A DNA stretch of 64,000 nt from an uncultured Porphyromonadaceae bacterium (GCA_947073495.1 CAMTMX010000003.1:9702-73701), one strand, 5' to 3'; positions 27,533 to 36,987 are shown, counted from the stretch's first letter. The notes: generated from the letters alone by a model not told the origin. Made by a program: numbers and translations.

Positions 27533-28849
27533 TTAATCATTTATGTCTTCATTGATCCTCGTTTTCCTCTTTTTAGGGGTATATATATGGTGAAGTCTCG
27601 GCGTAAACGACAATACTATAAGGACTCCCATAACAATCAGGTATATATATATGCAATTACGGAGAATGCGACCATTGTCTACTGAGAAATTACGTGCGTC
27701 ATAGGTTGTGTCCGGTTGTAGGAAGTCGTCGATATTTATAGCATACAGAGTGCTTTTCCACACCACATTCCCGTTTTCAAGATATACAACACCCGGATTA
27801 CCCCTTACCACCTCCTTTATCTGGGTGTCATCCGCGGTATAGATAGGATAACTTGCCATTGAAAGATCTTCCCAATTAGCTATTTCCTCTGGAGAACCTG
27901 AGACCACGGCAATCATAGTGATATCGTTTTTCAACGACCATTCGTAAAGCGAATTCAATTTCCATGTAGTGGCGGGAGAAACGGCTTTCAGGTCAGGCAT
28001 CATTATAATCAACTCTTTCCCTTCTCTGACAATGGCATCTTCCGTATCATCGTCTTCTCCGTCTTTACTCCAGATTCTGAGATTTTTGGATTCGTTCACT
28101 TTTTCCACAGAAAATTTTGCACCTTCAGATATTATTTCCTTGCGATCAACAAACGTCCATCCTTCAGATTCATCGGGCAATACGTCATTCTCCCCGAATT
28201 CCGCTCTCTCCCCATCTTTTTCATAAATAAAAAGATATTGCGGGACATCACTCGCTACCGCGTTATAATCAACAAGTTGTTCACCAACTTTGTAAGGACG
28301 GAAATCAATTAAAGGCTGAGAATGATATCCTAAGAGCTCTATTGACAGTATAAATACACCCGACACGACGAACGCTATCCACTGCAAAGCGGGAGTTATC
28401 AGACAGAAATTAAGTTTGTTGTACTTCAAGAGCCATACAATCCCGGACGTTAATGCAACATTTTTCCAGAATGTTGCCCAATTGGAAATAACAAGTGCAT
28501 CTCCAAAGCAACCACAGTCAGCAACAGGGTCACTTATCGCAATCCATAATGTCAGTGGCAACATGAACGCCATTATAATGGATGCTAAAACTGTCCCTGA
28601 ACGCCTGAAACATCCAAACAACAGGAATATACCTGTCATAAATTCAAGAGCACACAGACCGAACACTCCCACTAAAACCAGATTCGGCCATAACGATAGC
28701 GACATGACTCCCAAGTAGTCATTCACTTTATAGAGTGTGCCCCACGGATCTATCGCTTTTGCAAACCCGGAAAAAATAAAGACACCACCTATTATAATGC
28801 GTAAAAGCCATGTCACCGGTGAAATCCATTTCGCCGATTCAGTCTTCAT
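27533..28849 (-). CDS. DoxX/MauE-type membrane protein with a C-terminal thioredoxin-like domain (BT_3928-like family)
   Basis: N-terminal 4-5 TM DoxX-like region with CGCFG, soluble C-terminal domain, terminal TM; paired with DUF1599 as is typical in Bacteroidetes. Confidence 0.65.
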   Translation of the reverse strand: MKTESAKWISPVTWLLRIIIGGVFIFSGFAKAIDPWGTLYKVNDYLGVMSLSLWPNLVLVGVFGLCALEFMTGIFLLFGCFRRSGTVLASIIMAFMLPLTLWIAISDPVADCGCFGDALVISNWATFWKNVALTSGIVWLLKYNKLNFCLITPALQWIAFVVSGVFILSIELLGYHSQPLIDFRPYKVGEQLVDYNAVASDVPQYLFIYEKDGERAEFGENDVLPDESEGWTFVDRKEIISEGAKFSVEKVNESKNLRIWSKDGEDDDTEDAIVREGKELIIMMPDLKAVSPATTWKLNSLYEWSLKNDITMIAVVSGSPEEIANWEDLSMASYPIYTADDTQIKEVVRGNPGVVYLENGNVVWKSTLYAINIDDFLQPDTTYDARNFSVDNGRILRNCIYIYLIVMGVLIVLSFTPRLHHIYTPKKRKTRINEDIND

Positions 28850-29399
28850 AATGCAACTTTATAAGTGCGAAAAGCGCATAGTTGATCATATCCATATAGT
28901 TGGCGTCAACCCCTTCGCTGATAATAGTCTTCCCGTTATGGTCTTCTATCTCCCGCGTGCGTAGAAGTTTCTGAAGAATGATATCTGTGAAACTTGATAT
29001 CCGCATGTGTCTCCAAGCTTCATCATAATCATGATTTTTATTGAGCATCAAGGCGGTAGAGTCTGCAATTGCCTTATCATAAAGGGCGGTCGCCTTTTCA
29101 TGACTTATGTATTCACCCGGACCCAATGCAAGCTGGATCAAGGCTATTGCACAATAATTCACAATCCCTATAAATTCGGGTTCTATTCCTTCATTTACTT
29201 TCGCAGCCCCCTCACCTTTCTCTTCAATCGAACGGATGCGACGCGCTTTAATATATATCTGGTCTGTAAGACTTGACGGACGCATCACTCTCCAGGATGT
29301 GCCATAATCAGACATCTTTTTAACAAATATATCTTTACAGAGTGCAGTCATTGCTGCAAACTCTTTGACTGTGTCATGCTTTTGGGTTACTGATTCCAT
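28839..29399 (-). CDS. DUF1599 domain protein
   Basis: Two repeats of the pattern YG.SWR.MR..S.TD.I..K..R recognised from memory of DUF1599. Confidence 0.7.
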   Translation of the reverse strand: MESVTQKHDTVKEFAAMTALCKDIFVKKMSDYGTSWRVMRPSSLTDQIYIKARRIRSIEEKGEGAAKVNEGIEPEFIGIVNYCAIALIQLALGPGEYISHEKATALYDKAIADSTALMLNKNHDYDEAWRHMRISSFTDIILQKLLRTREIEDHNGKTIISEGVDANYMDMINYALFALIKLHYED

Positions 29400-29501
29400 T
29401 TTGTTGAATTTTTACTCCGAAGGTTAAACAACTTCACTGCAAAATTACTAAATTCTTTGAAAAATATCCTCATACATTATGCTTGTGACATAATAATTAT
29501 T

Positions 29502-29509
29502 TAAATTTG
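29502..29509 (+). promoter_or_regulatory. Bacteroides-type -7 box TAAATTTG upstream of aguA
   Basis: TAnnTTTG match about 60 nt upstream of the ATG at 29570. Confidence 0.35.
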
Positions 29510-29569
29510 CATATTGAAGTGTTTCAAACTTCATAGAAGTTGTTTAAACTTTTTCTTTTTCAAGATTTC

Positions 29570-30613
29570 ATGAGAACTTTTCTTCCGGAATGGGCTCCCC
29601 AGGAGTCTATCCTAATGGCTCTCCCTACAGCAAATACCGATTGGTGTTATATTCTCGACGAGGCACGAAGTCAATATGAGCGTATGATTCATGCGTTTAC
29701 AGACGAAGGCGTACGCGTGATTCTTTTGTGTCATGATGCTGATGAAGCAAAAGACATCCTTAAAAATTGCCGTCAGGAATTAATAACATACGTCACTTGT
29801 GAATATAACGACACCTGGACGCGAGATTATGGTCCGCTATCAGTCATAAAGAATGACAGACTCAGGGCTTTGGATTTCGGTTTCAACGGCTGGGGATTGA
29901 AATTCGCTTCTGACAAAGATAATCTTGTAAATCTCCGATTGTCTGAAAAATATGTCGTTTCCCCGGAAACCTATCGCAACGAGCGCGACTTCGTTCTGGA
30001 AGGGGGATCTGTAGAAACAGATGGTCATGGCACTTTACTTACGACTACCAGATGTCTCTGCTCCCAGAACCGAAACGGAGGCCTTTCGAAAAAGGAAGCG
30101 GAAAACCAATTACAGCACCGCCTTGGAGTTAACCACGTCCTTTTTCTTGATTATGGCGCCCTTGAAGGGGATGACACAGACTCCCATATCGACACTCTCG
30201 CCCGCATTGCTCCTGACAACATTATTATTTTCACAGGATGCAGAAACGTTGATGATTCTCAATTCGAAGAACTCTTGAAAATGAGAGCGCAGCTGACAAT
30301 GTTTCGTAATGCGGAGGGGGAACCGTTTAATCTCGTGGAACTTCCTCTCCCGGATGCAATTTATGATGAAAACGGCGACAAACTTCCTGCAACATACGCA
30401 AATTATCTGATAACGGACAATGTTGTCTTCATGCCGACTTATCGCCAGCCTGCAAACGATACTTTAGCCATGCAGACAATTAAAATAGCATTCCCCGACC
30501 ACAAAGTTGTTGGAGTTGACTGCACTACCCTCATAAAACAACATGGTTCCTTGCATTGCGCAACCATGCAAATACCTCAAAATCTCTTTAACTCCGCTAT
30601 TTATGATAGATAA
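29570..30613 (+). CDS. aguA: Agmatine deiminase
   Basis: PEWAPQ N-terminus, WTRDYGP, DTDSHID, catalytic Cys in GSLHCATMQIP. Confidence 0.9.
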   Translation: MRTFLPEWAPQESILMALPTANTDWCYILDEARSQYERMIHAFTDEGVRVILLCHDADEAKDILKNCRQELITYVTCEYNDTWTRDYGPLSVIKNDRLRALDFGFNGWGLKFASDKDNLVNLRLSEKYVVSPETYRNERDFVLEGGSVETDGHGTLLTTTRCLCSQNRNGGLSKKEAENQLQHRLGVNHVLFLDYGALEGDDTDSHIDTLARIAPDNIIIFTGCRNVDDSQFEELLKMRAQLTMFRNAEGEPFNLVELPLPDAIYDENGDKLPATYANYLITDNVVFMPTYRQPANDTLAMQTIKIAFPDHKVVGVDCTTLIKQHGSLHCATMQIPQNLFNSAIYDR

Positions 30614-31556
30614 TTATAATCTCTCGTCAGAAGAGGAGAATCTTAATCAAAACCGAGATTTCCAACCTTCTGACAGCAATATTATCAGAATCGGTGTCGT
30701 TCAGCATTCTTTCACTTCCGATGTGAATGCCAACCGACGACGCAACCTTGCAGCAATAGAAAGTCTGGCAGCTGATGGGGCGCAATTGATCGTGCTCTCC
30801 GAGCTCCACGATTCATTATATTTCTGCCAATGCGAAAATGTGGAAAACTTCCGTTTCGCCACTCGCCTTGAAGATTTCGCTAATTTCTATTCTGACGCCG
30901 CTGCAGAAAATAATGTGGTCCTCGTCACAAGTGCATTTGAACGTCGGGCTCCAGGGCTTTACCATAACACAGCTGTGGTGTTTGACACCGACGGTTCTAT
31001 CGCCGGGAAATATCGTAAGATGCATATCCCCGATGATCCAGGGTTCTATGAGAAATTTTATTTCACGCCCGGAGACATAGGGTTCGAACCTGTCGACACT
31101 TCTCTCGGGCGTCTCGGGGTGCTTGTCTGCTGGGACCAATGGTATCCTGAGGCAGCCAGGATTATGGCTATGAAAGGCGCCGAAATGCTGTTCTATCCTA
31201 CCGCTATCGGCTGGAATCCCGACGATCCTCAAGACGAGAAAAATCGTCAACGTGATGCTTGGATCACCATACAGCGCAGTCATGCTGTTGCCAACGGACT
31301 TCCAGTTATCAGCGTAAACCGTTGTGGTTTTGAAGAGGATCCATCCGGTCAGACTTCCGGCATCGATTTTTGGGGTTCAAGCTTTGTAGCCGGTCCTCAG
31401 GGTGAGATTCTCGCTATGGCTCCCGACAATGCCCCTGAAGAATTTATTGTGGAAATAGATAAAACTCGCACTGAAAACGTACGTCACTGGTGGCCGTTCC
31501 TCCGTGACCGCCGAATAGATTTCTATAATGGAATCACATCCCGATTCCTTGATTAA
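30603..31556 (+). CDS. aguB: N-carbamoylputrescine amidase (carbon-nitrogen hydrolase)
   Basis: Nitrilase-superfamily E-K-C triad contexts LSELHD, YRKMHIP, VLVCWDQWYPE; follows aguA. Confidence 0.9.
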   Translation: MIDNYNLSSEEENLNQNRDFQPSDSNIIRIGVVQHSFTSDVNANRRRNLAAIESLAADGAQLIVLSELHDSLYFCQCENVENFRFATRLEDFANFYSDAAAENNVVLVTSAFERRAPGLYHNTAVVFDTDGSIAGKYRKMHIPDDPGFYEKFYFTPGDIGFEPVDTSLGRLGVLVCWDQWYPEAARIMAMKGAEMLFYPTAIGWNPDDPQDEKNRQRDAWITIQRSHAVANGLPVISVNRCGFEEDPSGQTSGIDFWGSSFVAGPQGEILAMAPDNAPEEFIVEIDKTRTENVRHWWPFLRDRRIDFYNGITSRFLD

Positions 31557-31596
31557 TAAATCCGTCATCCATTACAACATAATCGTAATATAAAGA

Positions 31597-31632
31597 ATGT
31601 GTCCGCATCAACCATCTGCGGACACATTTTTT
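31597..31632 (+). terminator. Intrinsic terminator after aguB
   Basis: atgtgtccgca-tcaaccatc-tgcggacacat (11-bp stem) followed by tttttt. Confidence 0.75.
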
Positions 31633-31635
31633 GTT

Positions 31636-31992
31636 TTAATCATCGCAATAACCCGACTTATTACTTTTCACCTTTGACTCTTCCCTCTTCTTTCTCGCCG
31701 GATTAGCAGGGAACCATCCCTTCCTCACTCGCTCCACCTGCTCTGACACTTCCTTAATACTCCAAAAAGAACTAAACGAGGTAACTCCAAGAAGTGCCGA
31801 TGCCACAACTCCTTCGACGGCAAGCGAACCGGCAAGGGAAATGATGCCTGCTACTAAAAACCACCATTTAATCTTTTCTCCGAAATAATACTCACCCTTA
31901 ATTACAAGTGGATGATATATCCCTATAATTAAAAAAGTGCATAACCCGACGAAAAGACCTTCCAGCCTATATTCAGATAAAAATTCCAACAT
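31636..31992 (-). CDS. Small membrane protein, DUF4491-like
   Basis: Three TM helices. GIYHPLVIKGEYYFG resembles my recollection of Bacteroides DUF4491; not verified. Confidence 0.55.
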   Translation of the reverse strand: MLEFLSEYRLEGLFVGLCTFLIIGIYHPLVIKGEYYFGEKIKWWFLVAGIISLAGSLAVEGVVASALLGVTSFSSFWSIKEVSEQVERVRKGWFPANPARKKREESKVKSNKSGYCDD

Positions 31993-32543
31993 ATATTTTT
32001 CAATTTTAATTCAATTCGCAAATTTCGTAAAAATACTTCAAATCTCACCGTTCGTAAATGTTAATAAAACTTGATTAAACGCTTTATATCTTACCCTGTA
32101 TTGATCCCGCATCCATCTTTACAAAAACAAACTTATCTGAATAAAATAGAGGATAAATATCTCAGACACAAATCTGAAAGATTTATCCTCTCTGATAAAG
32201 CGGGATTTTGATTAGCGCAGCAAAATCAAGGACTATAACAATATCAAAAACCCGGATTTCCTGTCAAAAACAAGAACAGCCTCCGAACAGTCAAGTCATC
32301 ATAGGCATGGAGAGAGTAGACAAAATTGGAATCCGGTCAAGATCACCACACATAGAAGCGTGATGAGTTTCAATGTTATTTCTGCCACTTCCAGCAGCTA
32401 AAATCCTGAATGATGATAGCGCTAATCATTATCCCCTGAGACTTCAGTTCCTTAATCGGGAAACCGTTGCCATACCTTATCAATTTTTATAAGTTATTTC
32501 GAGGTAATGCTCAATTAAGCAATTGACCTCCATAAACCGTTAA

Positions 32544-33434
32544 CTACTTTTTACCGAGACTTGACACTTCTTCATATATCTTTTGAAGGGAGTCAGGAAT
32601 ACTTATACGCAATCCTGAAATATCTCTCACCTTACGTTGTATATATTCTGAATGTCGTGCCTCCAGAAGTTTCCTGTTGTTGGTCCAATCGGCTAACGCT
32701 TGGGAATATTCCGCTTTTGCCGCCACAGTCGATTCCTCTATCGCTTTCATACACTCATGTTTCATCGCGTTAAGATTTGCCTGTGCTTCGCGATATTGTT
32801 TTTGCAAACGAAAATATACATCTTCCACTGTTGCATCATCCACAGTTGGAGTATATGTGTAAATCAGAGTGTCACGCCCTTGACCTTCCACATGATGTGG
32901 CTTTTTAGCCTTTGATTGTAAATCTTTTCTGACATCTGCAAATTCGCCTCCGGGATGAATTGCCTTCCCGAGTGTAGAGGCAAGTGTCTCAAGAGAATAA
33001 TACTTACATCTTTCATCCTTAGACTTTGATGCAAAATATTCGTCTTCTGTCAATATGTCGCCAAGTTGTGGCTGTTCTTTCAATTCAATGCCATTAGCTT
33101 TTGCATAATCCACAAGGGTCATACCGGTTGCCTCGGATACCAGGCGTTCCTTCGCCTTTATAGCCTCCCGAAGCCACGCAATCAACGATTTCGCTTCCGC
33201 TATTCTGTGCAATTTTGTTACAACGCCCTCCACCTCTTCTGCATTGGCGCCCATATTCAAAATATTAGGATCCTTTCCCCCGATCAATGTGACAGTGGTG
33301 GAATATAATGACATCTCCTCAAGAGAGGTTTCTATATCGCTAATCATTTCTTTAGCGAGATTAGCCACATGGTTGGCGGAAGTAGAGGTTAGACCTTTAC
33401 CATCCTCTGAGAAAAATATCGTGTCCTTTTTCAT
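32544..33434 (-). CDS. Hypothetical 296-aa soluble, helix-rich protein co-transcribed with rtcB
   Basis: Long ORF 19 nt downstream of rtcB on the same strand; no signal peptide or TM; no motif I can assign; C-terminal third looks coiled-coil. Confidence 0.6.
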   Translation of the reverse strand: MKKDTIFFSEDGKGLTSTSANHVANLAKEMISDIETSLEEMSLYSTTVTLIGGKDPNILNMGANAEEVEGVVTKLHRIAEAKSLIAWLREAIKAKERLVSEATGMTLVDYAKANGIELKEQPQLGDILTEDEYFASKSKDERCKYYSLETLASTLGKAIHPGGEFADVRKDLQSKAKKPHHVEGQGRDTLIYTYTPTVDDATVEDVYFRLQKQYREAQANLNAMKHECMKAIEESTVAAKAEYSQALADWTNNRKLLEARHSEYIQRKVRDISGLRISIPDSLQKIYEEVSSLGKK

Positions 33435-33453
33435 AATTTTTGTTTCTTTTTAT

Positions 33454-34626
33454 TTATCCTTTTATCACGGCAATAGGATGCAAACAAGTGACTACTTTCA
33501 CCAAATCAGCCTGTGCCGCCATGACCTCATCAATATCTTTGTATGCACCGGCAGCTTCATCAAGATCTTCTTTATATCTAATGGCATGAATCACCCCTGC
33601 CCTTTCAAGTCGAGCCACTTCCTCTTCAAGGGAAAGCTCGTTGCGGGCTGCCGTACGCGAAAGCTTTCGTCCCGCTCCATGTGAACAAGACATGAATGAC
33701 TCCGGATTTCCCAACCCTTCCGTAATGTATGAACAAGTACCTTGAGACCCAGGAATGATACCTACCACACCCTTTCTCGCAAGGGTAGCACCTTTACGAT
33801 GAACTATACATGTTTCTCCGAAATGCTCCTCAAAAGCAGCATAGTTGTGTGCGATATTTATCATAGGTTCAAATTCAGCCCCGACTACCGCATCCTCTAT
33901 TACATCCATTACGCGTTGCATCATGAGCGAACGGTTGCACAAAGCAAACGCTACACAATATTCCATTTCATTCCAGTATTGACGGAATTCATCTGAACGC
34001 AAAGGCAAGAACGGCAAATGAATATCCGTTGGAACCATCGACCACCAACGTCGGTTGAGCACTTCAGCTTTTTCGTTATAATACTCACCCACCTGTTTCC
34101 CAAGATTACGGGAACCTGAATGGATCATGATCCACACCAACCCTTCTTCATCTTTCTGCAACTCTATGAAATGATTGCCTCCGCCGAGAGTACCTACCTG
34201 CTTCATTGCCGAATCAATCTGACGCGACACAACATTCATTGATCCTATTTCTAAACCTTGCGGCATATATTTCTCATCCTGTTTCTGTTTATGATGATCG
34301 CGTCCAAGCGGAATCTGTTTGCGGATTCCACGAAGTATTTGCTTGCGTATTATTTCATCTGTCAGATTTTCCACTCTTATATTTGTTTTTACGGCACACA
34401 TGCCACACCCGATATCAACCCCTACTGCGTTAGGGATAACAACATTTTTAGTGGCAAGCACTCCTCCTATTGGCATCCCTTTCCCTCCATGTGCATCAGG
34501 CATCAATGCAAGATGATGATGGATAAAAGGGAGCAGACAAAGATTTTCAACTTCTTTCTGTCCATGTTCATCCAATGAGGTTGCCCAATTTTTCACCACT
34601 ACATTATTAATAACTTTCACTTCCAT
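33454..34626 (-). CDS. rtcB: RNA 3-prime-phosphate/2-prime,3-prime-cyclic-phosphate ligase RtcB (short form, 390 aa)
   Basis: MPDAHGGKGMPIGGV, DIGCGM, HSGSRNLG, HRKGAT, GSQGTCSY and SCSHGAGR (nucleophilic His context). Confidence 0.92.
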   Translation of the reverse strand: MEVKVINNVVVKNWATSLDEHGQKEVENLCLLPFIHHHLALMPDAHGGKGMPIGGVLATKNVVIPNAVGVDIGCGMCAVKTNIRVENLTDEIIRKQILRGIRKQIPLGRDHHKQKQDEKYMPQGLEIGSMNVVSRQIDSAMKQVGTLGGGNHFIELQKDEEGLVWIMIHSGSRNLGKQVGEYYNEKAEVLNRRWWSMVPTDIHLPFLPLRSDEFRQYWNEMEYCVAFALCNRSLMMQRVMDVIEDAVVGAEFEPMINIAHNYAAFEEHFGETCIVHRKGATLARKGVVGIIPGSQGTCSYITEGLGNPESFMSCSHGAGRKLSRTAARNELSLEEEVARLERAGVIHAIRYKEDLDEAAGAYKDIDEVMAAQADLVKVVTCLHPIAVIKG

Positions 34627-34651
34627 AATCGTGTGTTTTTATTTTCTGGTG

Positions 34652-34659
34652 CAAAGTTC
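34652..34659 (-). promoter_or_regulatory. Near-consensus -7 box GAACTTTG for the rtcB operon
   Basis: Minus-strand GAACTTTG, 25 nt upstream of the rtcB ATG. Confidence 0.35.
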
Positions 34660-34664
34660 TGACA

Positions 34665-34691
34665 TGTCTACGCAATGATTTTGCGTAGACA
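34665..34691. promoter_or_regulatory. 11-5-11 perfect inverted repeat between the divergent rtcB and WYL promoters (candidate operator)
   Basis: tgtctacgcaa-tgatt-ttgcgtagaca, verified base by base; flanked by the -7 boxes at 34652-34659 (minus) and 34696-34703 (plus). Confidence 0.55.
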
Positions 34692-34695
34692 AAAA

Positions 34696-34703
34696 TATTT
34701 TTG
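34696..34703 (+). promoter_or_regulatory. Bacteroides-type -7 box TATTTTTG for the WYL regulator gene
   Basis: TAnnTTTG match 24 nt upstream of the ATG at 34727. Confidence 0.4.
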
Positions 34704-34726
34704 TAAATTAGCAAAAAATATTCTTG

Positions 34727-35746
34727 ATGGCACAAAATAAAAACGCTCTTTTACGCTATCGTACCATTGACCGTTGCCTGCGCAACACCGGTAGACGCTG
34801 GACTCTGCAAGATCTGGTAGATGCCTGCAGCGATGCTCTTTATGAATATGAAGGGAAACAAGATTTGGTGAGCACTCGTACGGTTCAGCTTGACATTCAA
34901 ATGATGCGTTCCGACCGATTGGGATATGAGGCTCCTATTGAAGTATACGACCGCAAGTACTACCGTTATTCCGATCCTGATTATTCTATCAGCAACCGCC
35001 CTCTATCAGAACACGATATTAATGTGCTTAACCGTACAATAGACCTACTACGGCAATTTGACGAATTTGATCCGTTCCACGATATGGCTGATGTAGTGGG
35101 CAGACTCCAGGATAAGGTAGCTAATGCCAACAATAAAAGATCTATCGTAGATTTTGAACGCAATCCAAACCTCAAAGGGCTTGAGCATCTTAATCATTTA
35201 TATGATATCATCTCGGCACGGCAAACAGTCTATATTAATTATCGCTCGTTTAATTCACGCGAACCGCGTCCTTTCATTCTATTCCCTCATTTATTAAAAG
35301 AATACCGCAACCGCTGGTTTTTATTCGGCTCGCGTGCCGGAGATATGAAACTCTTCAATCTCGCTCTCGACCGCATAATTGATTTTCATTCATGCCCAGA
35401 CATACCTTATAAAGAGAATCCGGATTTTGATGAAAATTATTTCAATGATATTGTTGGAGTGACAAAACATCCGAGACTGAATAAAGAGAATGTGATCATA
35501 CTTGCCGATAATTCACAGGCAAGCTATATTCTTACAAAACCCATTCATTCTTCACAAAAGCTTTTGGAAAAGAACCATTCAGACGGATCAATGACATTTG
35601 AATTGAATGTAGTGGTAAACCAGGAATTGATAACACAACTATTAGGATTCGGCTCCGGGATCCGAATCCTCTCCCCCACATCGCTGGTCACCAAAATGCG
35701 CGACATACTCCTAAAAGCCTACGCCCAATACAAAAATAAAACATAA
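34727..35746 (+). CDS. wHTH-WYL-domain transcriptional regulator
   Basis: N-terminal HTH-like NALLRYRTIDRCL...WTLQDL...VSTRTVQLDIQMMR; WYL-type motif in EYRNRWFLFGSR; length about 340 aa, typical of the family. Confidence 0.8.
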   Translation: MAQNKNALLRYRTIDRCLRNTGRRWTLQDLVDACSDALYEYEGKQDLVSTRTVQLDIQMMRSDRLGYEAPIEVYDRKYYRYSDPDYSISNRPLSEHDINVLNRTIDLLRQFDEFDPFHDMADVVGRLQDKVANANNKRSIVDFERNPNLKGLEHLNHLYDIISARQTVYINYRSFNSREPRPFILFPHLLKEYRNRWFLFGSRAGDMKLFNLALDRIIDFHSCPDIPYKENPDFDENYFNDIVGVTKHPRLNKENVIILADNSQASYILTKPIHSSQKLLEKNHSDGSMTFELNVVVNQELITQLLGFGSGIRILSPTSLVTKMRDILLKAYAQYKNKT

Positions 35747-35786
35747 GTGGTCGCATGATTGTTAGATGAGTAAATCCGATTATAAT

Positions 35787-36611
35787 ATGAAAGTTTCAAC
35801 TATACTATATCTCTCAATATTTGCCCTTTTGCCATTATCAGCATTAGCTCATGGACCGCAAGTCAATGAAGATTATGCCAAACATATCTTTTTTGATTCG
35901 TTAAATAATTCAATGCCTTACAGAATGCTTTCACCTGCAGAAACCGACCCAGGCAAGAAATACCCCTTGGTATTGTTTTTACATGGTTCTGGAGAACGAG
36001 GTGACGATAATGAGAAACAATTGGCTCATGGAGCATCGGTTTTCAGTAATCCAGTTAATTCTGGTAAGTATCCTGCGTTTGTTGTTTTCCCTCAGTGCAA
36101 AGAAAAATATTGGACTGGAAAGATTGACGAGCGTTCTTTTATGCCCGGATCTCCAGTTCCTCCTGAATCAAAGACTGAGAGAACCTTGATGGAACTGATT
36201 GAATATTTAATATCTAACAACCCTATAGATATTGACCGAATCTACATCATAGGCATTTCAATGGGTGGGATTGCTGCCTATGACTTAGTTTGCCGCTACC
36301 CTGATAAGTTCACTGCAGCGGTTCCTATTTGCGGAGCAGTTAATCCAGACCGACTTCCCGATGCGAAGGATGTCAAGTTTATGATATTTCATGGTGAAGA
36401 AGATGAAGAGGTGCCGTCATATTGCAGTCGTGAAGCGTATAAGGCCCTTAACTCTGTCGGAGCAAACGTTGAATATATAGAGTTTGCCGGGATTGGTCAT
36501 GATTGCTGGTCTACTGCTTTTAACTATCCAACTCTACTTTCATGGATCTTTGCTCAAAGCAAGACATCAGCTCCTCAATCAGAGAACCAAAATCTAACTC
36601 ATTCGAATTAA
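35787..36611 (+). CDS. Secreted alpha/beta-hydrolase esterase (carboxylesterase/phospholipase-like)
   Basis: Signal peptide; LVLFLHGSGERGDDN; nucleophile elbow GISMGG; HG..D and GHD near the C-terminus. Confidence 0.75.
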   Translation: MKVSTILYLSIFALLPLSALAHGPQVNEDYAKHIFFDSLNNSMPYRMLSPAETDPGKKYPLVLFLHGSGERGDDNEKQLAHGASVFSNPVNSGKYPAFVVFPQCKEKYWTGKIDERSFMPGSPVPPESKTERTLMELIEYLISNNPIDIDRIYIIGISMGGIAAYDLVCRYPDKFTAAVPICGAVNPDRLPDAKDVKFMIFHGEEDEEVPSYCSREAYKALNSVGANVEYIEFAGIGHDCWSTAFNYPTLLSWIFAQSKTSAPQSENQNLTHSN

Positions 36612-36637
36612 TAGGTGAAAAGATAACCGCCCATAGG

Positions 36638-36667
36638 CTCGGTTGCTTGAACGCGACCGAGTTTTTT
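36638..36667 (+). terminator. Intrinsic terminator separating the esterase gene from the biosynthetic operon
   Basis: ctcggt-tgcttgaacgcg-accgag followed by tttttt. Confidence 0.65.
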
Positions 36668-36987
36668 GTTTAAAAACTATCAAAACCTCTAAATAAGAGA
36701 TGCCTATATTGTGAGTATAAAACACATAAATACATACAAATCAACAAATTCACAAACATCCAAGCCATAGCCAAGAGTTATTGTGATTGTGATCAAACCT
36801 TGAGCCTCCCCTTGTCTCAAAATATTGAGGGATATTATCTTGTAAAAGCCCGGTTCCCTGCCAATTTTAATTACTCCATATCTATTATTTAGAGAGGTTT
36901 CGATACGAGTAAGTAGTTCTTACACTAAAAGGAATGCGGTTTAGGAAAGATTAATGCCTACCATAGCTGTTATGTGCGTTTTTTTAG

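Noticed and set aside
32206-32229. Apparent hairpin ttttgatt...aaaatcaa in the 550-bp gap
   Set aside because: On checking, the second arm is the complement, not the reverse complement, of the first, so it cannot pair.
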